From: Corallochytrium limacisporum Hawaii
Taxonomy: Eukaryota; Protista; Pluriformea
NCBI GenBank assembly: GCA_002811645.1
Contig: PDIP01000031.1
Span: 1 to 64,000, forward strand
Direction of reading: 5' to 3'
DNA length: 64,000 nucleotides
Below the pieces are notes generated by a model, which was not told the DNA's origin, ran no database searches, and saw only the letters and a list, made by a program, of their open reading frames with translations. Below are positions 21,063 through 32,021 of the stretch, piece after piece; positions within the stretch are counted from its first letter, which is position 1, and each line of letters opens with the position of its first letter. The position numbers and the translations under genes are program-made.

Positions 21063-22254
21063 GGGGCGGTCCCCTCGCCCCAGGTTGTCCCGCGTAGAGC
21101 AAGGCAGTGGTAGTGAATGTACGAAAGATTCAGTGGTCGCCTGTCTCGACACGGATAACAAAGGTTGTTGTTCTGGAGAGCCAGGGAACTGACGTGTCCG
21201 TTTGTTTGGCCTCCAGAACACCAGTGCATTTTGAAGGCTGAGTCACCCCGTGCCCGGGGGACAAATGTGCCGGCTCGACCTTGAGAGCCACGAACACACA
21301 CCCCGCCCGAGCCAGAAGGATCTCTCACACGTACGGAGTGGGACGGGCAGTAGTTCGCTTGGTGCGGCCATCGCCCTTGTCGCTCCTGCCCAAACTGCCG
21401 CTTGGTACTTTCTCAGGCCGGAAAAACGGAAAAAGATCCACGAATAAAAACAAAAACAAAAAAAAGGATAAAAATAAAAGAAAAAAAACTGTCATAAAAA
21501 GTCCCTGTGTTTTTAGACAGAGAGGGGGTTCACTCACCCAAGCGGTGCCAAGAGCCCCCTCGCCTGTGGGATCCCACCGCTAGCGATGGGGGTGTTGGAC
21601 TGGCTTTTCGGTTGCGCTGTTGTTGTGTGTGTGTGTTTTTGGGTGTTGGGGTGGGGGGGGGGGCAAGGGAGGCAAGGCAGCAGGGGGTTTCGCCCTCGGC
21701 CCGGTGCCTGTTTGGAGGTCTGGTACCGTCCTCACTCTCTCTGCCTTGGCAGGGGGGTGGGTTGGGTTGGTTTGGGATCGTTGGAAAGTGATTCTGGAGC
21801 GCACGGTTGCCAGATGCTAGTTTGGGTTTGATCAGCCGGCCGTAGGGAGATCACAGGGTCATGTCGCTTCTGATTGCTAGTTCACTCTGATGCAGATTTT
21901 AAAGGAATGGTCATATTTGTGCTTGAGGTACTTGGGTGTTTGATCTCCTTGTATACACCCGGCTTATGACGTGGTATTTGTTTTGTGCTTGCAGCGGGTC
22001 TCCAACGTCTGCGACTCGCGTATTTAACAGCCGTGTCCTTGATATTTAGAGGAGGATTGAAAAAGGGCAAACTTTGTCGTGTTTTGACAGTCAAGTTTGT
22101 CTTATTGGAATCGGTGCATAAGCAAGAATAATTGACTCGTGACGTTCACGGGATAGGAGTTTCATCTTTTGAAGCCCGGGGCTGATCATTTATTCTGGTC
22201 AAGAACGTAAACTTTGTATAATAGCACAGACTATAGCAAATTAAGCAAGTAAAC

Positions 22255-23742
22255 ATGAAGTTCTTCGGTGTTGCTATCGTGGCCTTTGCTACAGTACAGG
22301 GAGCCTGTGCCACCCAACAGAAAGAGTCCCACCCTGTGTCGGAATTTGAGCCGATGAGAGCGGTGGTGGAACTGCGGGACGCGAAGGCCCTGAAGGGATC
22401 CTTGCACAGTTGGGCCTCCAGGAATGTGCAAAACTCTATGCAGGATGACACTAATGTTGATTTGGCCCAGACTGCGGCTAGTTGGCTGTCCTTCTTCGGA
22501 CTCGCCCCGCAGCGCATGACTAAACAACAGAAGAAGTTCACCATCCCTAGTGGTGACTTGTATTCGCAGACCTCGGGCCTGACTGCCGTTGTGATTAATG
22601 CCCCGCACGGCACTTTTGATGAGGCGGTGACTGACGATATTGCAGCGGTGAAGTCCACAGTTTCCGGCGCTGAACATGAGTTTAGCAGCCAGATAACCAC
22701 ACTCTTGACCGGCCTGGACAAGTACCATCACTCGGTCCTCAAAGCGGAGGATCTGGGCGCCTTTGAAGTCAACCGCGCTCACACTGCGGTACACACCGCT
22801 ATTGACCACCTCAATGACGCTGGTGTAGAAACCTATTCCGTGTCTCTGGAGCAGAACATGGCTGCGCTCGGTAGCGCAGGTCACCAATTCTTCTACAATG
22901 GCGAGCAGCAGACGATGGTTGAGCAGACCAGCATCGCTAAGGAAGGAGACTCAGAGAAGGAGCAGGTACTGAAACCTATTTCCAGTTATGGAGTTCATTA
23001 CGGCCAGGGTCTGTCCCAGGAGTCTGCAGTCGACGCCGCCTTCATTGCAGAAGTCAATGCCGTCCTAGCTGCCATCTCGGAAGCCAAGGCGAAGTCCTCT
23101 GAAGCTGCCACCTTTGTCATTGCACACTTGTCCACCGTTGATGCCGTGAAGATGGCGCATGCCGGTGAAGCTCAGGCGCAGGCATCCATCGATGCTGTCC
23201 TCGCGACCGTCGTTAAGGTTCTCCATCGCATCACCACAGAGAGTGACAATGTACTCGTCCAGCTTTACGACCTGCCCGAAACCTTCACTACGGCCTCCGT
23301 AGAGAAGTTGAACACTGCTTCCCTTAGCAAGGTGGTCAATGACTTCAAGAAATATGGCATTACCACAGCGTCCGCCACCCTGGAAGACATGTGGCACGGA
23401 CTGCCATTTGTTCACCTAACCGGGGATTCCAAAAAGGAGCAGCGCAGAGCCTGCAACGTGCTCAGGCACCACACTGGTCTTGAATGTCATGTGGAGAGTC
23501 AAGTGGCCAAGGCGGCAAGCCGTCGCTCTCTTGCACGACGCCAAGGCCCTGACGATCCCCCGGTTGAGCAGACCCCGGTCGAGGACCCCATGTACCCCGT
23601 TATCTTCACAATTATCCTCCTCCTTTCTGTGACTCTAATCCTGGCCCTGTACGCTATTTCCTTTGGCATTGCGGGCATGGACCCTGGTAAGGACAACATT
23701 GTCTACCGAAGCACGGCAGACGTGAGCATCAAAGAGGACTAG
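22255..23742 (+). CDS. ATP6AP2: V-ATPase accessory protein / (pro)renin receptor homolog
   Basis: Signal peptide, basic furin-like site (RRSLARR), C-terminal YPVIFTIILL…TM…MDPGKDNIVYRST matching the Renin_r tail. Confidence 0.85.
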   Translation: MKFFGVAIVAFATVQGACATQQKESHPVSEFEPMRAVVELRDAKALKGSLHSWASRNVQNSMQDDTNVDLAQTAASWLSFFGLAPQRMTKQQKKFTIPSGDLYSQTSGLTAVVINAPHGTFDEAVTDDIAAVKSTVSGAEHEFSSQITTLLTGLDKYHHSVLKAEDLGAFEVNRAHTAVHTAIDHLNDAGVETYSVSLEQNMAALGSAGHQFFYNGEQQTMVEQTSIAKEGDSEKEQVLKPISSYGVHYGQGLSQESAVDAAFIAEVNAVLAAISEAKAKSSEAATFVIAHLSTVDAVKMAHAGEAQAQASIDAVLATVVKVLHRITTESDNVLVQLYDLPETFTTASVEKLNTASLSKVVNDFKKYGITTASATLEDMWHGLPFVHLTGDSKKEQRRACNVLRHHTGLECHVESQVAKAASRRSLARRQGPDDPPVEQTPVEDPMYPVIFTIILLLSVTLILALYAISFGIAGMDPGKDNIVYRSTADVSIKED

Positions 23743-25419
23743 AACGATTGATGTGAAGAGTATTATTTTAAGTTCCAGCGGCACGCTGTGTCGCATCATG
23801 CAACCAAAGACTTGCAGGGAGCATAGCTTGAGAGAGATTGATTCCTCTTGCAGGAGATTGAAAACCATATAACGAGGCATAAAAGACATTTCCTAATTTT
23901 GTATCATGCGGTGACAAATCATGGTGACTTGTTACTAAGGCTGAACGACTGTGATGAGGGAACCAAGTGATGAAACAAAGGTTAGCATGACCATGCTCCA
24001 TGAGAACAAACAGGAATTAAAAAAGAAAAAGAGAAGTGAAGGATGATGAAGTTTGAAAGCTGTGGCAGGGTTGAGCCTTGGTGAAAGCGCAACAGTACCA
24101 CAAATGTCTGTCTTGCTCACCAAAGCCGGCCCGAGAACGGGCACTCTTCCCTGCCTGTAGGTTTGTTGTCGCGTCTGAATCTTCAGAAGTTAAGCGGCAA
24201 AAATCATAGCCCACTCTGTACACACAACGACGCATTTAAAGGTGATTCAGTCGTTACATTAGAGGTAGAGATCTGTTTAGGAGCACAAGATTTATGGCAT
24301 CTTTGAAAATATCAGCAATAAAGGAGACAGAGTATGTCCATTAAGCAATGGAAAGAACGGGAGATAACCCATGTAAAGTTTGTGGAAAGATGTGGGCCCC
24401 TTGGGTAATGCTGAGCATTGTGAACGCGGTAGTGAGCCGCATAACAAGAACGAAGCACCCAGCGACCAAAAAGGTTCCCTTATTTTCCTCTTGCCTTCAG
24501 GATGACTGAAACACGCACGGCAATTGGAGCGTGGTCAGCTTCGATTATGAGGCGGAACGGGTTTCCCCCAATCTCCACACAGAACTGTCTGTCCTTTATA
24601 CTTTCGTTTCCAAAGTTGCCATTGAATCCGTCCTAATGTACGACAGAACACTGAAAATCATACCGACACTTCCCGGGTTCCAAGAGCCTACTTACCTTTT
24701 GATACTTGAGTATACATCCTGGTGAGAGTCCAATGGGGGAACAATGGTCCGTTCCCCAAAGAAAGGATATTTACGAAAACCTATACACTAACTGCTAGGA
24801 TCTTTAAAATACCATCATGTTGCATACGGAGCTGGAAATGTGCAACAACAGTGCCTGTGGCAATAGGCCACCCTCCGCGTGGATCCCGTAAACGGTTCCT
24901 CTTTTCCGTTTGCCTGAGGCGGTGTTCCAGGGATAGGGGGCCTATTTTCCGAACCCAGGCGGGGAGACAGGGCCAAGAAAATTGGGGGGCCCCAGGGGGG
25001 TCCAACTAGTCCCGTTGGGACTGTATGTTCTAACTTGGCGGAAAAAAATTGCTCCGCCCAAGCGGCGGCGGGGGAAGCGGAGACGAAGGGGCAGGAAAAT
25101 ATTGGTTCCCCCTCCACCAAAGAGGAATTGTCTTGACCGGGATTTCCGCTCTCTCCCGTTTCGGCGGTTGGGTGATGGTGGGATTCGGCTTTGGGGTTGG
25201 CCCCCGGGGGGGGGGGGGGGTCGGGGGTATTTGACCCGAGGACCCGTCTTCATTGCGCACCTTCAATAGAATGTGTCGATAGCATACAGAAAATAAGATT
25301 GTTGGCGTCCCTTGTGAATGAATTCTGTGCAGGTCGAATACACAACCAAAACAACTGGACTAAGAATGGGTTCTTGAGCGTCGTCCTGTCCAGGCGGAGG
25401 CATTGGGGACTGAGGAACA

Positions 25420-27627
25420 ATGCCAAAAGATCCGAGACCATATGAGTGGCCGCTGGTTAAGCACTGTGTTGTACACAATCTGAGCCACAGTGACATCCTT
25501 GTGGCTCTCGACTCGCCGTCCATCAGTGGCGGCTCCAAACCGCTTGATCCGCTCTTCGTTTGCCCTGGATTTTCCAGGAAAGGTGGTGACAGCGATGAGG
25601 GTAATGTTGATCACTGCTACCCTCTGTTGGCAAGACCAGCGTACAGTATTTTCCAGCCGATTAGCGCAGCGATCCACCATTTCGTACGTAAGAACCGGGG
25701 GAAGATGCAAATCATTAACCAACCTGTCACCGACAGTCACGGAAGAGTTGTCGGGGAACAGGCCATAGGAGTGCGCATGCCGGGGAAAGGTGCGAAGCTG
25801 TCGAAGGCTCTTGGTATCGGCCTCACAGCATTCCATTACAGAGGGTCTCTAAGTAGGCGAATGATTGAAGAACTTGAGGAGAATGACGCTGCTCTGGGCG
25901 ATGAGGCCGGAGAACTCCGAGTCGTTGCTGTGTACTTCCCTCTGTGGTGCGCCTTGAGTGCTGCAACTACAGTGTTCAAAAGCAGCAACGTAGACCCGGT
26001 GGTGTTTCTCATCAGCGGCGCAGGCTTTTCATCGAAGGAAGACCAACACAAAGACGTGGATCAGTCAACCACGGGCCCCAGAGAGACATCGAATGGCATT
26101 ACAGACACAGAAGGGAACGAGATTGCGCTCACAGTTCCCCACGATGATGACGATGACCTGCCCATGCCCAAGCCTATCTCTGAGACTCACTACATTTCAT
26201 CATCAGGCTATCGACCCAAAGGCATGCTGTCGCGCGAAGTCAGCTTTGCTGCGGCTGACAACGACGATGTCGGCAAGGCTGACTCGAATCTTTCGCTGCG
26301 TGCAATGGCTGTCGACGTTGGCCCCTGCGGCGGAGACTACGACAATTCTACACAAGCCACCGCTCATTTACTGCGCGAATTTATTCGCGTGACAGTGGGC
26401 TTTGACAGGGTCCGGGTCTACCTTCTGCACAGTGGCCCGGGCATCTTCAAGTATCAGGCGAACAATGAATTTGTGAACCATACGCTCTTGCCACAGCTCC
26501 ATGCCCAGCGTCGGGAGGTAGTGGATGCATGCAATCAACACGTTGCCGAGGTCGAAGCTTCCGCTCTTGGTACCAGTATCAAAGTTGCGCCAGAGGACGA
26601 AGACTGGCACGCACACTTCAAAGTCACCCTGTCGCTGTCGGACGGTGCCCCTGCTCGAGTTCAGGCCTTAATTGCCTGCCTGAGGAATATGACGCCGGAC
26701 TACATCCACCTCTGGCGGCCTAAACGCTTCTTTCATGAAGGAGTCATCTCCGTCGGTGATGCCGAACGGCAGACAGAGGATGTCGTCAGCACCAACCCAC
26801 CACTGCCGATCAACAGTCCCGTGCTGCACCAAGACACGCGCGCTGTCGTTGACGAGACGTTGCGTCTGAAGGCCCAGTTCGAGTCTGTGCTACTAGGGAA
26901 TGACCACGAACTGGGCACGTTCTGGTTGCGCAAGACACGGAAGCCCGTGCTTGCGGTTCTTGCCATCAGAGATCGGCAGACCGGAGGTCTGATTTTCCAT
27001 CATGGCATGAACATTGAGGTCAGCATGCCGACTGGCACGCTCTGCTCGGAGAGGAACGCGATCGGTTCGGCTCTGTGTGCGAACATGGGCACTCGACGCA
27101 TGGACTTTGTGATGATTTCGGTGCTGTCCGTGGCAGTATCTGCGCAGCAGCCGACACAAAGTGGAGGTGTCACGCCTAGCCGCAATTCATTGTCCACCCC
27201 AACACGCACGAGCGGCAGTCGCAAGGTCTCAGCAGCGCCTGGCTCCCTCGGTGGCCTGCCGCCTTCGCCACTGTTGATGAGCACGGACCCTAGCCAGAGA
27301 AACGATGGCAGATCAGTGACTGCCTTTGAACTCGGAGACGCTGCTAACGTTGGGGGTAGTAAGCGCCGCCGGCTCGAGGCCGACGTCGCCATCGATCACG
27401 CGCAAATCGGGGCCGCTGGCGAGTCCGTCTCGGCATCCACAGTCACGAGCATGGGAGCGGGGGCCGCTGGCGTGCTAGTTAAGAGTCCCACAGATCTCAA
27501 TCCGCTCGCTCCGTGTGGTGCTTGCAATGAGTGGCTGAAGAAGATTGCAGAGGCCAATCCGGACTTTAGGGTCATAACTTTCCAGACCTATGCATGTGAG
27601 AAAGTGTATGTAAGGGAGGTAGTGTAA
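25420..27627 (+). CDS. LmjF36.5940-like CDA/CDD-fold Zn-dependent deaminase with N-terminal Rossmann-like domain
   Basis: FWLRKTRKPVLAVL, NIEVSMPTGTLCSERNAIG (CxE), PCGACNEWLKKIAEANPDFRVITF (PCxxC). Confidence 0.8.
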   Translation: MPKDPRPYEWPLVKHCVVHNLSHSDILVALDSPSISGGSKPLDPLFVCPGFSRKGGDSDEGNVDHCYPLLARPAYSIFQPISAAIHHFVRKNRGKMQIINQPVTDSHGRVVGEQAIGVRMPGKGAKLSKALGIGLTAFHYRGSLSRRMIEELEENDAALGDEAGELRVVAVYFPLWCALSAATTVFKSSNVDPVVFLISGAGFSSKEDQHKDVDQSTTGPRETSNGITDTEGNEIALTVPHDDDDDLPMPKPISETHYISSSGYRPKGMLSREVSFAAADNDDVGKADSNLSLRAMAVDVGPCGGDYDNSTQATAHLLREFIRVTVGFDRVRVYLLHSGPGIFKYQANNEFVNHTLLPQLHAQRREVVDACNQHVAEVEASALGTSIKVAPEDEDWHAHFKVTLSLSDGAPARVQALIACLRNMTPDYIHLWRPKRFFHEGVISVGDAERQTEDVVSTNPPLPINSPVLHQDTRAVVDETLRLKAQFESVLLGNDHELGTFWLRKTRKPVLAVLAIRDRQTGGLIFHHGMNIEVSMPTGTLCSERNAIGSALCANMGTRRMDFVMISVLSVAVSAQQPTQSGGVTPSRNSLSTPTRTSGSRKVSAAPGSLGGLPPSPLLMSTDPSQRNDGRSVTAFELGDAANVGGSKRRRLEADVAIDHAQIGAAGESVSASTVTSMGAGAAGVLVKSPTDLNPLAPCGACNEWLKKIAEANPDFRVITFQTYACEKVYVREVV

Positions 27628-27795
27628 ATGACGTAGGCTTTTCCTTGGACCTTCGCCCCTTCACTCGTGCGGTTGTTCGTAATATATAAGAGTTTTAATG
27701 TTTGCAATGCATTGTTGATGTCTTATGGAACATGATTCGTTTCGTGTCTGTGATAATGCGATGTTGATAATAGCTCATGTGCTCCCCAATTTGCT

Positions 27796-28650
27796 TTAGG
27801 CAGCCTTGGCCTTCTCTGACGAAGGGCTGGGCTTGTTCCCAAGCTTCTTGGCAATGCGCTTGGTGCGATTGTTGTGCATCTGCAAAAACAGACCCAAGAA
27901 GATCAGATACTGCACGTAAGCAAAGCCCCAACCGAACAAGGATCCGTTGCATTCAGTGCAATTGAGACCGACAAAGGCCATAATGATGATACCACCGATA
28001 AACTGGGCAAGCTGAATGTATGTGACGTACTTGCCGTACTTGCGAAGGGGCTGGATGTACAAGCTCAGGGCATAGTAAGCATACATCCAAACGTGCACGA
28101 ATGTGTTGACGAGGGGACCGTACCAGTTGCTGCTGAACGGGTAGAACCAGGCGAACAGGCAAATGTAGGCCGTGATTGCGTGATGGTACCAGTGCAGGAA
28201 AATGACGGGGCGCTTGCGCAGTACGAGGAAGGCAGTGTCAACGAATTCATAGAACTTGGACAAGTAGAAAATGTAGTACCAGAAGTTCATGTTAGGGACA
28301 CCGACCTCTTGGTTCTTGTCGCAGACGACAAGTTCGATGCCGCCGCTGGCCTTCTCCCAATTGGCGACAGTGTTGTATAGCAGACCCAGGAACATCCACA
28401 GACTCAGCACGCAGAGGATGGCATTGTGAGCGAAGGCGGCAAAAGTAAGCTCCATTCCCTTCTGGTTGCTCATGAGGTGCTGGCCTAGGAAGAGGAGGGC
28501 TACATAGGCGACGCTCATGACTGCAACGCCTTCAATGTTGGCCAGGGGCCAGTCTTCGACCCGCTCCGGAAGGTACACCTCGAGGGCCTCCTGAACCTGG
28601 AAGGTCCACTGGAACGGAGCCAGATTCATCATGGTCTCTGCTAGTGACAT
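27796..28650 (-). CDS. GNS1/SUR4 (ELOVL) fatty acid elongase
   Basis: SKFYEFVDT, FLHWYHH His box, NTFVHVWMYAYY, TYIQLAQF, C-terminal K-rich ER-retention-like tail. Confidence 0.97.
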   Translation of the reverse strand: MSLAETMMNLAPFQWTFQVQEALEVYLPERVEDWPLANIEGVAVMSVAYVALLFLGQHLMSNQKGMELTFAAFAHNAILCVLSLWMFLGLLYNTVANWEKASGGIELVVCDKNQEVGVPNMNFWYYIFYLSKFYEFVDTAFLVLRKRPVIFLHWYHHAITAYICLFAWFYPFSSNWYGPLVNTFVHVWMYAYYALSLYIQPLRKYGKYVTYIQLAQFIGGIIIMAFVGLNCTECNGSLFGWGFAYVQYLIFLGLFLQMHNNRTKRIAKKLGNKPSPSSEKAKAA

Positions 28651-30224
28651 GATTGCAAGCTACTATTTAGGGATAGTATTCTACAAAGAGCTATTGAGTT
28701 TCCCGACCAAGCGTGTGCGTATGTTTCAAGAGGAAAGGTTTGCGCTTGGGGGCAGTGATTCCCTGTTCTGCCAAATACCTGAACACCGCTGCTTCCCGCT
28801 GTTGCCGGATCACCAGACAGAGAAACTGTTCAGAATCAGGAAGACCCACTGATGGCAATAAGCAGAGATGCACGCACCCCCAGGCACAACTTACTATGTA
28901 GCCCTTTCTCAGCCCCGTTTGCACACCAGCTGGACAATCCTTCCGCTCAAGCTGCAAATCAGTTAGTGGTGTTAGTGGTGGCAACCCAGCATCATCCGGG
29001 CATTATCAGTTCCATCATTCGCATCAATCTGTGGAACTATTACTGCTCACATTTACGTGAAGCATCCTCCTGCAAGACGACAGCATATCTATTGTTTCAT
29101 CATTTTCAGCCAAGGGTGCTCTGCCACTGCACTCCACGATAACCAGACCTCAAAGCCTTCTCACCACGGGCAACACCCCTCCACATGGAGAGATAACTCA
29201 CCTAAACACACACCCCCCCCTCTCCTTCTCCTCCCCGGTCCTTTTTCAAACTCTCTTCTCCCCAGGACCGCCTCTCAGTGTCTTAAAACCCCATCACCTC
29301 GTCCTCCTCTCATCTATTTTGTCATATGGTCCCCGCACAGCGCGTTTTGGTTTCCGCGATTTCCCCCTGTTTTCGTCTCGCTATCCCAGACGGGTCCCAC
29401 CCACCCGCACCAAAAAAAAATTTTCAAGGTAGAACCTCCAGGACCCTCTCTCATTTTCAAGCGGGAGGCCCCCCCCTTTTCCCCCCCGGGGGTGGGCAGG
29501 GCCGCAGGCCTGCCAAGGCAAAAAATAGGACAGAACCCGCCAAACCACCCGTATCTCACTAAGGAATGCCATAGCTGTCGGAAAATAGGCCCCGCGTGGA
29601 GGTGATGACGTGAGAACCAGGCGTACGGTGATGAGCACACGCTGAAGGCTGTCAGGCCGCAAAGGGGGGTTGGTATGTGTGTGTGTGTGTGTGTGTGTGT
29701 CGGGGTAACCACCACTGACCGCTGTGCTTGGAGGAAAAACGAGTGAAGTGAATGTTTTCTGGTGACTTCGAGGGATGGAGTTGGGTTGTGGGGCATGCGT
29801 CCTGGCGCCTCGTTGGTCAATGGATGGGCTACTGCATAGGAAGGGCAACAGAGAGCGCGCAGGTGCGCAACTGATCAAACTCTTTTTGACTTTGACATAC
29901 GTGGTGCGTCGTCCGCCGGACCCAACTGTGGACAACGAGGGCAATTCTCCTATTGTATAGTGAATGTACCGTGCGGTCTTTTTTTTTGGGGCTGCGTCTG
30001 CTCTTCGTGGCGAGATCTAGGAGTCTATTTTCTCCCGGGCGAGGCACCCGCCCCACGGCGTATTGATTAGCTATGCCCAAAAGTTGGTGGTGGTGGAAAG
30101 CGGTGGGGGTTCAGGGCTACCGGTGAACGTTCACATACTATAGGACAATGACACGCCGATGCAATGTGATCGTGGGTTGGTGATAGAGATGGTGTTTGTA
30201 ATGATACATCTGTGTATTTTACAT

Positions 30225-32021
30225 TCAGGCATCCTGTGCCTCTTCGGCAACGCCGACGCTGCTCCTCTTGAAGAGGTAAGCCGCAACACCGGAACCGACC
30301 AGAACAGCGGCACCGACGGAAATACCAGCAATGAGGGCAACGTTTGTGCCGCTGTTCGTTGATGCGGCAGCGACGTTTTCAGTGCCGGTCAGAGACTCAG
30401 TGGATTCAGATTCCATGGTGTCATCATCTTCTCCGTCGACGGCACGGCCGGTCACTGCGTAGACACCAACCGTACCAGAGACTTCGTATCCCGCAATGAC
30501 AAAAGGCACACCCATGGGAGACTCGTTAGCTGGGACAAATATCATACCCTCGGGTGCGATCATGTTGTTCTCATTGTCAGTACCCGTAACACCATCGTTC
30601 TGATTAATATATGACTGGTAGACAGGGGCAGTAGGGTCCGTGATTTCGTAGGTAAAGATACCGTCATTGCGCTCCATACCGATAAATGCAAATGTGCGGT
30701 CACCCAGCTTTCCAACCGCCAAAGCTTTGGGCTCGGGTCCCTTAGCATCGGAGCGAGAATCAAATTCTTCAATCAGACCGTCATCGATGTTGTGCAAGTT
30801 GGGGTTAATGGCAGCGATTATCGTCTCGAACTCATCGCCAGAGTCGTAAACCAGCTCTCCTGTCTGACCATTGAAAATGGAGAAGGACCGACCGCCAAAG
30901 GCGTACAGGGTGTTGAACACGCCCATTTCGTCTGCGCCAAGAGTGTTGGTAATCTGCAGTCGGCCTAGTTTGGTCTCGTCTGATGTCTGACTCTGGAGAT
31001 CTGCAGGGGTGAACTCGGCGTCCTCGGCCCGAATCTCCTCACTGAATCCATCGTAGTCACGGGAGTCTCCTTCGTTAGCGGTGACGATGTAGATCACACC
31101 ATCAACCTCGTAGCTGGCGATTGAGTCAGGCTGATACATGCCAAGCACACTATTCCACGACTGGAAGTTGATCTCGCCATCCTTGTCGGAGGCATCAAAG
31201 GTCTGGTCCAAGCCGGCCCAGTTCTTGAAACCCAGGCCAAAGATTCCGGTGATTGCCGGCACGGACAAATCAACGGTAACAATCGCGTTATTCTCTTGGC
31301 AAGAAATCCAGGCCTTGTCACCCTTGATTGTAACGTACTCAGGTTCAAGGTCCTGCGCAGGTGTGGAACCGGGACCGAAGATGCGAACTTGCTCTGAGTC
31401 AATGAGGTCGGCAAACTCACCGCCCTCATTGAAGACATCAAAAGTAAGATCGGTCACATCGACAGGCAGTTGTGGTAGGTTTGACGTATCGATGACAGTG
31501 ATAGAACCCTCGGGATCGATATCGTAGGCATCACTTGGCTCACCTTCGTTGGCAACGACAACCTTTGTACAGTCCGCATTGAACGTAAGCATGTCAGGCA
31601 AGAAACCAGCAGGGACGGTGCCGATGCTGGAGTTATCAGCGCCATTGAAGAATTCGACATTGCCACGCTGACCAGTCTCGGCAGCTTCCACAGCGACAGC
31701 GACGAAGCCACCACAGGCAGTCACAGAGTTAACACTGCCGTCGGGAGTCGACAGGGGTAGGGATTCCTGTACCTCTAAGCCCTGACCGTCGGCGGCGAGA
31801 ACGACCACGTCTACCTTGGATTCCTCGGCATTATTTACAACGAACAGCTTCTGATTAACAGCATCGCGGGCAACGATCTCAGCGGCACCCTCACCACCTA
31901 ATTTTATGGAAGTAACAAAGCTCAGGCACACATCTGCCAATTCAGGGCACTCGTTCGTGACAGCCTGAGCGGAGACAGTGGTCGTCAGGGCGACAATGGC
32001 AAATCCTGTAAAGGCAAACAT
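30225..32021 (-). CDS. Choice-of-anchor-I / MSP130-like (alkaline-phosphatase-annotated beta-propeller) cell-surface protein with C-terminal TM anchor
   Basis: Signal peptide; AEIVA, GFLPDML, VANEGEP, DPEGS, LEPEY, QENNA, YQPDSI, TANEGD, GGRSFSI, RSDAKGPEP, APEG; C-terminal hydrophobic helix followed by KR. Confidence 0.88.
   Translation of the reverse strand: MFAFTGFAIVALTTTVSAQAVTNECPELADVCLSFVTSIKLGGEGAAEIVARDAVNQKLFVVNNAEESKVDVVVLAADGQGLEVQESLPLSTPDGSVNSVTACGGFVAVAVEAAETGQRGNVEFFNGADNSSIGTVPAGFLPDMLTFNADCTKVVVANEGEPSDAYDIDPEGSITVIDTSNLPQLPVDVTDLTFDVFNEGGEFADLIDSEQVRIFGPGSTPAQDLEPEYVTIKGDKAWISCQENNAIVTVDLSVPAITGIFGLGFKNWAGLDQTFDASDKDGEINFQSWNSVLGMYQPDSIASYEVDGVIYIVTANEGDSRDYDGFSEEIRAEDAEFTPADLQSQTSDETKLGRLQITNTLGADEMGVFNTLYAFGGRSFSIFNGQTGELVYDSGDEFETIIAAINPNLHNIDDGLIEEFDSRSDAKGPEPKALAVGKLGDRTFAFIGMERNDGIFTYEITDPTAPVYQSYINQNDGVTGTDNENNMIAPEGMIFVPANESPMGVPFVIAGYEVSGTVGVYAVTGRAVDGEDDDTMESESTESLTGTENVAAASTNSGTNVALIAGISVGAAVLVGSGVAAYLFKRSSVGVAEEAQDA

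Noticed and set aside
28738-28800. U4-like 5' end (TTTGCGCTTGGGGGCAGTGA)
   Set aside because: No kink-turn stem (ATGAGG…CCGAGG), stem I or Sm site follows.
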